Position numbers and translations under genes: made by a program. The notes beneath the pieces were generated by a model. That model searched no databases, was not told where the DNA came from, and saw only the letters and a program-made list of their open reading frames with translations. A DNA stretch of 64,000 bases, taken from assembly GCA_965198945.1 (NCBI GenBank), contig CBDAQI010000001.1:96001-160000 (forward strand). Direction: 5' to 3'. This stretch comes from Thermodesulfobacteriota bacterium. GTDB lineage: Bacteria; Desulfobacterota_D; UBA1144; Nemesobacterales; Mycalebacteriaceae. Each line of letters begins with the position of its first letter. The first letter of the stretch is position 1. Shown here piece by piece: positions 8,684 through 18,490 of this stretch.

Positions 8684-10219
8684 ATGAAATTTCTGTCGTT
8701 CGTGATTCTTTTTGCGGTTCTGCTGTTTCCTGTTTACGAAACGGCCGGAGAGCCGGCCGGGCAAGCCGTTGCGCTTTCGGTTGATAGGGCAAGAATTCTT
8801 GCGCTTGAAAACAATAAAGACATTCTTATAAGACAACAGGATGTTTTCGCTTCGCTCGGGAGAGTAACTGCGGAGAAAGGAGCCTTTGACCCGGTTTTTG
8901 ACATAAGCTCTTTCTACGACAAAACATCCGAGCCGTCCGCTTCATCTTTTATTTCGGGGGCTCTTGAGACCGAAAGACTGGAAGCGAGCATGGGCATTAC
9001 GGGCAGAATTCCGACCGGCGGATATTATGATCTGCCCAGACTGTCAGTTTCCCGACAGGAAAGTGATTCACCCGTTGATTTTTTCAGTCCGTCTTTCTCA
9101 ACAAGATTGGATATGAAAATCGGCCATGATCTTCTCAGAAATTTCGGTCTGAGCAACGGAAAATCTGCGATTGTGGTTGAAAATCTGCGTAGTGATATTA
9201 CGCGGCTTGACCTGAGAACCCAGATATCGGAAACTCTTCTGGAAGTTGAGCGCAGATACTGGACTCTTGTCGCCGCCGTGCGCGAACGCGAAATTGCCCG
9301 CAAAAACCTTGAACTCGCAGTTGACCTGCTTGAGAGAAACCGCATAAGGGTCAGAGAGGGTGTTTTGCCCGCGCTTGAAGAGATAAGAGCCGGATCTGAG
9401 GTAGCCGTTAGAAATGTTGAATTGATAGAGTCGGAGAATAGCCTCAGAAAAGCCGAAGACGAGTTGAAAAACCTGCTCGGTTTGCCGCTTGACCGCGGCA
9501 TTAAACCGACTGACCGGCCGACCGCTGATTTGTATGAAAGCACAGACATACCAAAGCTGATTGAAACCGCTTTTGAAAACAGAGAGGAGTTGCAACGCTC
9601 TTTCAAACTGCTGGAGATAGCCGAAGAGCAAAAGCGTCTGCATTCAAACCGGCGTCTTCCCAAACTTGCCGTTGAGGGCGTTGTGTCTCTGCGGGGTCTT
9701 GCCGGAACCCGGAACCCGCAGTCTCTGGATTTGGGCGGCGTGACCGGCCCCTCCGCTTTTGAAGGTGATTTTTCAGACGCCGTTTCGACCGCTCTGGACG
9801 ACGATTTTATGAGCTGGAGAGCAAGCATAACCATGTCCATTCCAATCGGCAATCGTGGCGCAAAAGGTCTTTACACTGTGGCCGAAGCCGAAATGAATTC
9901 GGCGGTTGTTGAATACAAAAAGGCGAAAGAAACCGTTACCCTTGAGGTAAAAGAGGCCGCGGACGCGGTTTGGAGCGGATACAAAAGGGTTGAAGCCGCA
10001 AAAACTGCTCTCGGTCTTGCCGAAGAGGTTCTTGAAGCCGAGCGGGAAAAATATGCGGCCGGGCTTTCAACCACACGAGAAGTGCTTGAAGCGCAGAGAG
10101 ATCTTGGAGATGCATGGTCAAAGCACATAACATCTCTTGCGGACTATAAAATTGCTCTTGCGGCGCTTGAACGCGCAACCGGAACCATAATTGAAAAGAA
10201 GGGAATTGTCATTCCCTGA
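8684..10219 (+). CDS. TolC-family outer membrane protein
   Basis: Signal peptide, ALENNKD, two OEP repeats, AGLSTTREVLEAQ, LERATG. Confidence 0.88.
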   Translation: MKFLSFVILFAVLLFPVYETAGEPAGQAVALSVDRARILALENNKDILIRQQDVFASLGRVTAEKGAFDPVFDISSFYDKTSEPSASSFISGALETERLEASMGITGRIPTGGYYDLPRLSVSRQESDSPVDFFSPSFSTRLDMKIGHDLLRNFGLSNGKSAIVVENLRSDITRLDLRTQISETLLEVERRYWTLVAAVREREIARKNLELAVDLLERNRIRVREGVLPALEEIRAGSEVAVRNVELIESENSLRKAEDELKNLLGLPLDRGIKPTDRPTADLYESTDIPKLIETAFENREELQRSFKLLEIAEEQKRLHSNRRLPKLAVEGVVSLRGLAGTRNPQSLDLGGVTGPSAFEGDFSDAVSTALDDDFMSWRASITMSIPIGNRGAKGLYTVAEAEMNSAVVEYKKAKETVTLEVKEAADAVWSGYKRVEAAKTALGLAEEVLEAEREKYAAGLSTTREVLEAQRDLGDAWSKHITSLADYKIALAALERATGTIIEKKGIVIP

Positions 10220-10233
10220 ACTATAAGCGGTTT

Positions 10234-11793
10234 TTAATGTTTGAAATGGCGGACGCCCGTCATGATCACGGCCATGTTGTGCTCGTCCGCAGCGGCGGTT
10301 GTTTCTTCATCTTTTATTGAGCCGCCCGGGTGGACAACCGCTTTTATTCCCGCTTTTGCGGCTTCATCAATTCCGTCTCTGAAGGGGAAAAACGCGTCTG
10401 ACGCCATAACACATCCCCGCGTGGGGCTTTGAGCCTTCATGGCCGCGAGCTTTACCGAATCCACCCTGCTCATCTGTCCGGCGCCGATTCCAACGGTCGC
10501 GCGGTTTTTAACAAAAACTATCGCGTTGGACTTAACATGTTTGCAGACCTTCCACGCAAAAATCATATCTGCGGTTTCAGATGACGAGGGTTTCCTTTCC
10601 GTCGGAAAGGATGCGGAATCAAAATCCGAATCGGCGGCCTCGTCTCTGTCCTGTATAAGCGCGCCACCCGTAATTTTTTTGAGATCATAACCTGCGCGGT
10701 CTTGCTTTATTCCGGAAGCTCTCAAAACCCTGAGGTTTTGTTTTTTTGAGAGTATTTCAACGCATTCGGGGGAAAATCCCGGAGCTATTACAACCTCAAT
10801 GAACATTCCCGTTATCAGAAGGGCGGTTTCGGTGTCCATCTCGCAGTTCAGAGACACAATTCCCCCGAACGCGCTTACCGGGTCGCACTGTTTGGCTTTT
10901 GTGAAAGCTTCCGCCGGGGTTTGCGCGACAGCCGCTCCGCACGGATTGTTGTGTTTTACAATTACGCAGGCCGCGCCCTGTGCCGGGTCAAATTCCTTAA
11001 CAAGTTCAAATGCGGAATCAGTGTCGTATATGTTGTTGAGCGAAAGCTCCTTTCCCTGAATCTGCCGTGCGGTTGAGACGCAGCAGCCGGCGGTGTCTTC
11101 GGTGTAGAAAGCGGCTTTCTGATGAGGATTTTCTCCATATCTGAGGTCCATCCTTTTGGTCAGATTGATTGATATGGTGTCCGCAAAGCCTTCGTCCCGC
11201 CCGCTGGTCTTTGACAGAAACCCCGATATGGCCGAGTCATATCTCGCCGTGAGCGCAAAAGCTTTCCGGGCAAGCAGCAGTCTTGTTTTTTCCGAGACTT
11301 CTCCGCCGGACGACTTTATTTCTTCAATTACTCCCGCATAGTCCGCGGGATCTGTAACAACCGTTACAAATCTGTGATTTTTGGCCGCAGCCCTTACCAT
11401 TGCCGGGCCGCCGATGTCTATGTTTTCCACCGCTTCGGTGAAAGACACATTTGGCTTTGCGACCGTTTTTTCAAACGGATACAGGTTGACCACAACCATA
11501 TCTATCGGTTCAATGCCGTTTTCTCTCATCTGCTGAGAGTGTTCGGGATTGTTTCTCACCGCGAGGATTCCGCCGTGTATTTTCGGATGAAGGGTTTTGA
11601 CCCTGCCGCCGAGAATTTCTTTTGCCTGAGTGTGCGTCTCCACGCGCGTAACCGCAACGCCCGCTTCCTCAAGAGCTTTTGCCGTTCCGCCCGTGGAAAG
11701 AATCTCAATTCCGAGTTTGCAGAGTTCTCCGGCGAAATCTGTGATTCCGCTTTTGTCTGATACTGAAATCAGGGTTTTTTTAACCGGTTGCAT
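10234..11793 (-). CDS. purH: Bifunctional AICAR transformylase/IMP cyclohydrolase
   Basis: [43 protein letters not shown]. Confidence 0.98.
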   Translation of the reverse strand: MQPVKKTLISVSDKSGITDFAGELCKLGIEILSTGGTAKALEEAGVAVTRVETHTQAKEILGGRVKTLHPKIHGGILAVRNNPEHSQQMRENGIEPIDMVVVNLYPFEKTVAKPNVSFTEAVENIDIGGPAMVRAAAKNHRFVTVVTDPADYAGVIEEIKSSGGEVSEKTRLLLARKAFALTARYDSAISGFLSKTSGRDEGFADTISINLTKRMDLRYGENPHQKAAFYTEDTAGCCVSTARQIQGKELSLNNIYDTDSAFELVKEFDPAQGAACVIVKHNNPCGAAVAQTPAEAFTKAKQCDPVSAFGGIVSLNCEMDTETALLITGMFIEVVIAPGFSPECVEILSKKQNLRVLRASGIKQDRAGYDLKKITGGALIQDRDEAADSDFDSASFPTERKPSSSETADMIFAWKVCKHVKSNAIVFVKNRATVGIGAGQMSRVDSVKLAAMKAQSPTRGCVMASDAFFPFRDGIDEAAKAGIKAVVHPGGSIKDEETTAAADEHNMAVIMTGVRHFKH

Positions 11794-11968
11794 GTCTGTG
11801 TGATTAGATTATAAAGGGAAAAATCTGATGACCGGGGAGATTATACAATGAATGACCAAAATATCATAACGGACATTCACGGCAAGTGATTTTTCGTTTC
11901 AAAAGGCGTTTCCCGTTAGCGCTCTTTTCAGGAGACGGAGCCCCCTATAAACAGTTTCAAAATTCCAT

Positions 11969-12002
11969 AAAAAAGGAGGGCCGCCCGCAAGGGCAGCCCT
12001 CC
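11969..12002 (-). terminator. Rho-independent terminator of the ADC-like operon
   Basis: Minus strand GGAGGGCTGCCC-TTGC-GGGCGGCCCTCC followed by T6. Confidence 0.85.
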
Positions 12003-12029
12003 AATTTTTAGCACAATGCTAAGGCGTTA

Positions 12030-13016
12030 TCAGCCTTGGCTGTACTGCGGGAGCAGGAAGCGGTGACGCATCGTGTACTCAAACGGTTTCGCGTAGGCGA
12101 TTGCCCTGCTGTCCGTTGCAGCGAGATCGTCCGCTGACCTCTCAACCGTCCTGGTCCAAATGGTTTTGGCCGGCGGGATTATCAGGTTGAAAGTGAAACT
12201 TATCAATCCGACAACCTCTTTGGCCGGTATCTGGCCGCCCATAAAGTCAAAGGGCGTTCCTGACATATACCAGGCGCGGATGTCATCTCCCGTAGCCGTT
12301 CTCACACTGTCCGGGTCCAGCTGGAAGCGGTGTCCCGTTCCAAAAGCCGGGGGCAGCTCCGAAGGCAGATATGTAACCTCATGGATACTGTTGGTTACAT
12401 CCGGACGGGTCGTGATGCGGTAGTTCATCCTTCCCCAGTCCGTCTGTCCGTAAAACGTCGGTTTTACTGACAACTCTTTGTCGGAGTAGCGTCCGTTTGC
12501 GGTGTGAAGAATGTATCCACGGCGCTCCATGAGCATGTTGAAGTAGTTGTTGTTCGTGCCATGCTCAAAAGCGGCGATGTAGGCGGCCTTTTTCGGAAAT
12601 CCGAAAGGCTCCTTGCCCGCCCAGATCGGAGAGTCGTTTGACAGATACATGTAGGGGTAATACCCCGCTTTGTATGTGTTTCCGTCTTCACCGTTAACGG
12701 TGGCGGAAAATGTCACACCCATCTCCATGTAGGGGCCGAGCATTGTGTTTTTGTGGATAACATACCAGAACTCTATAACGTCGTCCTGAAGCTGGACCGG
12801 CTCAGGCAGAATTTTTTTCATGTCGTTTTCATCTGCTCTGATAACAAAAGCCATCCAGCGGCTCTCCGTGTAGGTGAGAGGAACGATGTCATAGTCAAAG
12901 ACAGGGTCTGCGACACCCTGAGAAATGATGTCTATTCTGTCTCTGTCCATTGGCAGCGGAGGAACTTCGCCTTCCGCAAGCCAAGGATAACTGTATTCAT
13001 TTGCTTGCATTCCCAT
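12030..13016 (-). CDS. Acetoacetate decarboxylase (ADC)-family protein B
   Basis: ILPEPV..., GPYMEMG, Schiff-base Lys motif AGKEPFGFPKK; GGAGG RBS. Confidence 0.75.
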   Translation of the reverse strand: MGMQANEYSYPWLAEGEVPPLPMDRDRIDIISQGVADPVFDYDIVPLTYTESRWMAFVIRADENDMKKILPEPVQLQDDVIEFWYVIHKNTMLGPYMEMGVTFSATVNGEDGNTYKAGYYPYMYLSNDSPIWAGKEPFGFPKKAAYIAAFEHGTNNNYFNMLMERRGYILHTANGRYSDKELSVKPTFYGQTDWGRMNYRITTRPDVTNSIHEVTYLPSELPPAFGTGHRFQLDPDSVRTATGDDIRAWYMSGTPFDFMGGQIPAKEVVGLISFTFNLIIPPAKTIWTRTVERSADDLAATDSRAIAYAKPFEYTMRHRFLLPQYSQG

Positions 13017-13049
13017 AGTTCAATTAACCTCCTTGAAAGTTATTGACAA

Positions 13050-14027
13050 TTAAGAACCCTGACTGATGGGGAACTGCTGTCTGAGGCCGTATTTGTAAGG
13101 TGTTGCAAATCCGGCGTAGTCAGCGGGTCTCTCATAAGTCTCATTCCAGAGAACCTGAGCGGGAGGAATGACAAGATCAAACACGAACGAGATCATACCC
13201 GTTACTTTGTCAATCTTGAGCTCCGTTCCCATGTTGTCAAACGGAGTTCCCTGCATAAACCAGTTTACCGCATCGCCTGATGCCGTTCTGGTGTGCTCGG
13301 GTTTAATCTGGAAACGATGCCCTTTGATCATTGAGTCAAAGGGAGGCGGGAGTTCTGAAGGCAGATAGGTGAGCTGCCACTCGGAGCTTGAAACGTCAGG
13401 TCTTGTAATAACCTTCATGTTGAATTTGCCCCAGTCCGTTTTTCCGTAGAAATACGGAGGCTTCACATCTGCGTCGTCAAACTTTCCTGTTGCGCTGTGC
13501 ATCAGGTAGCCGTTACGTGACATTGCGAATCCGAAGAAATCTGTCCCTTTCTCGCCGCCGTGCACTGAGCAGCGGATGTAGGACATCTTTTTCGGAAATC
13601 CGAGGACACGGCCCGCGTCAACGGGAGAGTCTCCGGTCAGATACATGTACGGGTAGTAACCGGCTCTCCAGACATTTCCTTTCGGGTCTTTGTAAGTAGC
13701 CGACATTGTAACACCGAACTCCAGGTACGGACCAAGCATGGTGTTTTTGTGGTCAACATACCAGAACTCAACAAGGTCGGCGTCATCACCGTCCCACGGC
13801 TCAAGCGGCGGGTTCGGAATCAGACGACGTCTTGTCGCTTCTGAACAGCTGACGACGAAAGCCGACCAGCGGCTGTCCGTGTAGGTAAGAGGGAGAACAT
13901 CTATGTCCCACAGCGGATCTGAAGGATTCGCTATGATCCAGGACTTGATGTCTCTCTCAATCGGAGGAGGCGGAACCTCCTTCGTCATTTCCCAATATTT
14001 ACTTGGGACATTGAGGTGACTAGGCAT
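13050..14027 (-). CDS. Acetoacetate decarboxylase (ADC)-family protein A
   Basis: GPYLEFG, AGRVLGFPKK; paralog of 12030-13016; GGAGG RBS. Confidence 0.75.
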   Translation of the reverse strand: MPSHLNVPSKYWEMTKEVPPPPIERDIKSWIIANPSDPLWDIDVLPLTYTDSRWSAFVVSCSEATRRRLIPNPPLEPWDGDDADLVEFWYVDHKNTMLGPYLEFGVTMSATYKDPKGNVWRAGYYPYMYLTGDSPVDAGRVLGFPKKMSYIRCSVHGGEKGTDFFGFAMSRNGYLMHSATGKFDDADVKPPYFYGKTDWGKFNMKVITRPDVSSSEWQLTYLPSELPPPFDSMIKGHRFQIKPEHTRTASGDAVNWFMQGTPFDNMGTELKIDKVTGMISFVFDLVIPPAQVLWNETYERPADYAGFATPYKYGLRQQFPISQGS

Positions 14028-14347
14028 ATAAAATACCTCCTTTGTTATTTCCGGCCGCCACCTAGCTCAAAGCGGCCGGAGATTTGAGGAAAGAAGAGGG
14101 AATGATAAACGACAAGATATCAAGCCACTCTCAAACCTCGCCATTATTTCTATCATCGTAACTCGCGGGTGTCAAGTGCCTTGAGAGAAAAAATTAAGTT
14201 TTTCGGTTAACGGTTGATTAAGCCGCGATCCAGACGGGAGAAAACACGGGTAACTACCTGTTATCACTTGTTTTTTATTTGCCGGAAAAAACTGGCAATA
14301 TCTTTTCTCATGCTCTTTTCGGGTTTCCGCTCACTTTTAATAACCGT

Positions 14348-14800
14348 TTATAAAGTAAACCGCTTTCTGCCTTCTGTGTGCCTCTGATTTTTGTTCAAAA
14401 CCATGTATGTAACTTGAGCGATTGCAGCGGTTTTTCCCTCTCCCTCTTTTCCTTCTTTTATCTCAACCTCCACCGGGCAAAGCGTTCTGCCGGCTTTGAT
14501 AACTCTGGCGACGGCGAGCACATCCGAAACGCAGGGGTTCAGAAAGCGGACGTGCATGTCGGTTGTCGTTATGAAGGAGTCGTGCCCCGCAACTGTGAGA
14601 ACCGCGGCCGCGGCGGCCGTGTCAGCGGCGGTTGTGAGAAGACCACCGTGGAATGTTTCAAAGATTCCGTCGTAGTTTTTCTTTTTCGGCACCTTCATCT
14701 CGCAAAGACCTTTTTTCAGGGAAACAATTTCTGCGTCAAGCAGTTTCATTATGGGGACCGCATTCATTCTTCGTCGGGTCTCTTTTATATTGTCGCTCAT
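14348..14800 (-). CDS. PaaI-family hotdog thioesterase
   Basis: FHGGLLTTAADTA, TTDMHVRFLNP, ARVIKAGRT. Confidence 0.85.
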   Translation of the reverse strand: MSDNIKETRRRMNAVPIMKLLDAEIVSLKKGLCEMKVPKKKNYDGIFETFHGGLLTTAADTAAAAAVLTVAGHDSFITTTDMHVRFLNPCVSDVLAVARVIKAGRTLCPVEVEIKEGKEGEGKTAAIAQVTYMVLNKNQRHTEGRKRFTL

Positions 14801-14887
14801 TATTTCTCTCCCGAAAGGTGGTTTTCCTGTTTTATTGTTTATGGTAGCCTGTATTCCTCTTCTTCATTTCAATGTGTGATTATTTTC

Positions 14888-15760
14888 ATGGCTCAGATAA
14901 TAGACGGAAATAAAATTTCCGCCCGGCTGCGGAGCAAAATTGCCTCGGAAATCCGGGTTTTGCGTGAAAAATCCGGTATTACACCCGGTCTTGCGGCGGT
15001 TCTTGTCGGGCAAGACCCGGCGTCCGAGCTCTATGTGGAAAGGAAAAGACGCGCCTGTTTTGATGTGGGTATATATTCCGAAGAGCACAGGCTCAAGGCT
15101 GAAACAACGCAAAGCGAGCTTCTTGAGCTGATAGAGAAACTGAACGCCGACAAAAACATACACGCCATACTCGTCCAGCTTCCCCTTCCGCCGGCCATCT
15201 GTGAAACGACGGTGCTGAGCGCGGTTTCCCCTCTCAAGGATGTTGACGGTTTTCATCCGGAAAATATGGGGATGCTCATGGAGGGCAGCCCGCGCTTTAT
15301 TTCCTGCACGCCCTACGGAATTATGGAAATCATTGATGATCTCGGCATTGATGTTGAGGGTATGGACATTGTTGTAATAGGCAGGAGCAACATAGTCGGC
15401 AAGCCTGTCGCCGCAATGCTGCTCAACAGAGACGCCACCGTTACCGTGTGCCATCTCTGCACAAAAAATTTGGCGTCTTTCACTCGGAATGCGGAGATAC
15501 TGATAGTCGCAATCGGATGTTCGGAATTCATCAAAGGCGACATGATAAAAGAGGGAGCCGTTGTGATAGATGTGGGTATCAACCGCGATGAAAAGGGGAA
15601 AATCACGGGTGATGTTGACTTCAAGAGCGCGTTTCCCAAATGCTCTCATATAACCCCCGTTCCCGGAGGCGTGGGACCTATGACGATAACGATGCTATTG
15701 AAAAATACTTTTAAAGCGGCGGAGATGTGGAGTCGTGGAAAAGACGGAGGGCTAAGATGA
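14888..15760 (+). CDS. folD: Methylene-THF dehydrogenase/cyclohydrolase
   Basis: Starts at MAQIIDG; ILVQLPLP, KDVDGFHP, GRSNIVGKP, TPVPGGVGPMT. Confidence 0.97.
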   Translation: MAQIIDGNKISARLRSKIASEIRVLREKSGITPGLAAVLVGQDPASELYVERKRRACFDVGIYSEEHRLKAETTQSELLELIEKLNADKNIHAILVQLPLPPAICETTVLSAVSPLKDVDGFHPENMGMLMEGSPRFISCTPYGIMEIIDDLGIDVEGMDIVVIGRSNIVGKPVAAMLLNRDATVTVCHLCTKNLASFTRNAEILIVAIGCSEFIKGDMIKEGAVVIDVGINRDEKGKITGDVDFKSAFPKCSHITPVPGGVGPMTITMLLKNTFKAAEMWSRGKDGGLR

Positions 15761-16087
15761 TAAATAACGGACAGCCCTTTTATGCATCTTGACCCAATCA
15801 GAAAAGAAAACAAAAACTTTAAAAACGGTGAAATTTGTCATGCTTTCACCACATCCGGCGGATTCGTCTCCGGACCGCAGGACTCCTTCGGGAGTCCTTG
15901 CTTTATTTGAATGAAGCCCTTGAGAACAACAATAATTGAAAAACAAACCCATTTTGTGAGAAAAATTCGGAAGTCACTTCTGCAAAAATCTCAAACGCCC
16001 GACAGCATACCCGGAACCGCTATCAGGAAACCGAGTGATTGGAATTAGACGCACTCTTTATATATACCCGCTAAAGTTTGTGGGTTA

Positions 16088-16157
16088 AGCGCGTTTCCGA
16101 AATGCTCTCACATAACTCTCGTTCCGGGAGGCATTGGGGCAGATGACAATAAGAATG
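16088..16157 (+). pseudogene. Degenerate duplicate of the folD 3' segment
   Basis: Aligns to 15626-15694; translates SAFPKCSHITLVPGGIG versus SAFPKCSHITPVPGGVG, then a 1-nt insertion. Confidence 0.85.
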
Positions 16158-16173
16158 TTTGCAGGACTTTGAT

Positions 16174-16704
16174 TCAGAAGTTGCCGCCCCGCGGTTCGCG
16201 GCAAAAAGGGAAAAAGCGGCTTTTCCAAAGCTCCACATAACCGTTATCGTCAAGCGTTTTCAAAATTTCTTCAACCGTTTTGCCGGCAGCCGGATGCCTG
16301 AAGCCGGGGGCGATCTGCCTCATCGGTTCAAGAACAAACCTTCTGGTATGGGCTTGGGGATGCGGAATTTTAATTTCTTCATTTTCCATAACAGTGTCGT
16401 GGTGGAAAAGAATGTCAAGATCAATAACCCTCGGACGGTTTTTTCCCTTACCCGTTCTGCCCATCTCCTTTTCAACCTTCCGCAGCTCGTGTAAAAGTTC
16501 TTCCGGAGGCGGCGCTTGCCCGATCATCAAAACTGCGTTTATGAAAAACGGCTGACTGCCCTCAACACCCACCGGCTCGGTTTTATATAAGGGGGAAACT
16601 TTTTCAATGCCTGCAAAACGCGATATGCGAAACAGAGCTTCAACACAGTTCGCCTCCCTGTCACCGAGGTTGGTTCCGATTCCGATAAATACGCCAGCGC
16701 TCAA
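16174..16704 (-). CDS. folK: Hydroxymethyldihydropterin pyrophosphokinase
   Basis: IGIGTNLGDR, YKTEPVG, PRVIDLDIL, IPHP...RRFVLEP. Confidence 0.95.
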   Translation of the reverse strand: MSAGVFIGIGTNLGDREANCVEALFRISRFAGIEKVSPLYKTEPVGVEGSQPFFINAVLMIGQAPPPEELLHELRKVEKEMGRTGKGKNRPRVIDLDILFHHDTVMENEEIKIPHPQAHTRRFVLEPMRQIAPGFRHPAAGKTVEEILKTLDDNGYVELWKSRFFPFCREPRGGNF

Positions 16705-17471
16705 GGCCGTTCCTCCCGTCCTTCAAGGGATTTTATCATCATATCCGCGGTAAAGTGTCCCGCTTTGCGCGCCGCTTCGGTATCGGTCAGGCCTTTGGCT
16801 TTGAGCGCGCAAAGAGCGGATGAAAAAACGCATCCGCTTCCGTGGACGCTCTCGCGCACCCTCTCGCGCTTTATCTCAAAGAAGTTTTTCCCGTCAAAAA
16901 GCAGATCGGTAACATCGCCCGCCTGCGGCAGGTGCCCGCCCGTTATAACAACTTTGCGGACTCCGAGTCCGGCTATTTCCCTTGCGGCGACTTTCATATC
17001 CTCGGTATTTTCAATCTCAACTCCGCAGAGCTCCCGCGCTTCAAAAGTGTTCGGTGTTACGAAATCGCAAAGCGGAAGCAGCTCTTTTTTAAGGGCTTCC
17101 ACACCGCTTTGTGATAAAAGCCGCTCCCCTGAGCTTGATTTTATAACCGGGTCTGCAACCACATTTTTGATTGAGAAATCTCTTATGTTGCGGCAGACCG
17201 ATATGACGGTTTCTTCGTCAAAAAGCATTCCGGTTTTCGCCGCTTCTATTTGTCCGCTCCGTGCTATTGAGACAAACTGGGCGTCTATAAAATCCGGAGA
17301 AACCTTCTGCGCGGCGGCGAACTCCGATTCGTTTTGCGCCGTCAGACAAGTGACAACGGCAAACCCCCTCACTCCGAGCGCGGTAAAGGTCTTCATATCC
17401 GCCGCGATTCCCGCCCCGCAGCACGGGTCTGTTCCCGCGACTGTCAGCGCCCGTGGAAGAGTTCGTCTCAT
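16701..17471 (-). CDS. thiD: Hydroxymethylpyrimidine/phosphomethylpyrimidine kinase
   Basis: LTVAGTDP..GAGI.AD, KTGML, TPNTFEA, HGSGC. Confidence 0.93.
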   Translation of the reverse strand: MRRTLPRALTVAGTDPCCGAGIAADMKTFTALGVRGFAVVTCLTAQNESEFAAAQKVSPDFIDAQFVSIARSGQIEAAKTGMLFDEETVISVCRNIRDFSIKNVVADPVIKSSSGERLLSQSGVEALKKELLPLCDFVTPNTFEARELCGVEIENTEDMKVAAREIAGLGVRKVVITGGHLPQAGDVTDLLFDGKNFFEIKRERVRESVHGSGCVFSSALCALKAKGLTDTEAARKAGHFTADMMIKSLEGREERP

Positions 17472-17565
17472 TATTCTGAACTCTTTAACAGAGAAGCGCG
17501 GATTTTACAAAACCGGGCGGCTTGTTATAATTTCCTTCTCAATTCAGAACCAGTGAGGTGAGACT

Positions 17566-17973
17566 ATGGCTGAGCCGCAGATTTTTATGCCCGAACTTTT
17601 CAGAGAAGATGAAAATGGAAAAATTCGTCTTGTCGCAGGTTACTGCGCCGATTCGGACAACTGGACTTTTCCGAAATACCTGGCCGACCCGGTGAGTTTT
17701 ACGGACGATGTTGAGGAGAAACTCCTCAGCCCCACGGGTGTTCTTCATTCTTTTACGGTTGTGCGCAGAAGCATGCCGGAATATGTGGTGCCATATGTTC
17801 TTGCGCTTGTTGATTTCCCCGAAACCGTCCGCGTTATGGCTCAGGTGGAAACGCAGGATTTTGACGCGCTCACACTCGGCGAAGAGATGGGACTTACGAC
17901 GGGCTTTATAAGAAAAACCGAAGACGGAAGCGATGTGATTTCCTACAAGTTCATTCCCGTACGGGAAATGTAG
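17566..17973 (+). CDS. DUF35/ChsH2-like OB-fold protein
   Basis: G.LHSFTVVRR, VPYVLALVDF, VRVMAQV, YKF.P; zinc-ribbon cysteines largely absent. Confidence 0.75.
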   Translation: MAEPQIFMPELFREDENGKIRLVAGYCADSDNWTFPKYLADPVSFTDDVEEKLLSPTGVLHSFTVVRRSMPEYVVPYVLALVDFPETVRVMAQVETQDFDALTLGEEMGLTTGFIRKTEDGSDVISYKFIPVREM

Positions 17974-18475
17974 TAGTTAGAACAGTTATTGCCCCGTCGG
18001 GTGAAAACCCCTTCTTTTCCAGCCAACCGGCGGGAATTTCAAGAGCCGCCGTATATTTTCCGGACGGTCTGTATTTCTGCGCCCTCTCATAACAGCGCGT
18101 TTTCCATTTGCGCAAACTCTCTCCCGAATTTCGGGGACATTTTTTCATTCTCACTTTTTCGGTCACCATTCCGTTTTCCGCGATGTAGAGAATGTCCAGA
18201 TCCAGATAAGTGTTGAACATCCAGAACCCTCACGTCTGCGGTTTTTTGTAAACAAAAAGCATTCCCTCTCCGTCCGGCAGATTTTTTCTGCACATAAGTC
18301 CCCGCATTTTTTCATTGTCGGTGGAAGCGACCTCCGCGCTCACCTCAGCCCGTTTTTCCCCGTCTGAGATCACAACCTTTGTTTTTGGGAGCGGCTTGAG
18401 GTCAAGCCCCGCACAGTCGGTTTGAAAATCCGCCGCCGAAGATAAAGAAAATAAAAACGCCACGGTAAAAAGCAC
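17951..18475 (-). pseudogene. DUF192-family protein interrupted by an in-frame TGA
   Basis: AEVA...RGLM.R..LP..EGMLFVYKKPQT*GFWMFNTYLDLDI...ALEIPAG in one frame; TGA at 18232-18230. Confidence 0.75.
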
Positions 18476-18490
18476 AAATCCCGCCGCGCC

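Noticed and set aside
14378..14887. Apparent 170-aa N-terminal extension of FolD
   Set aside because: It is antisense shadow of the thioesterase gene; FolD homology starts at ATG 14888.
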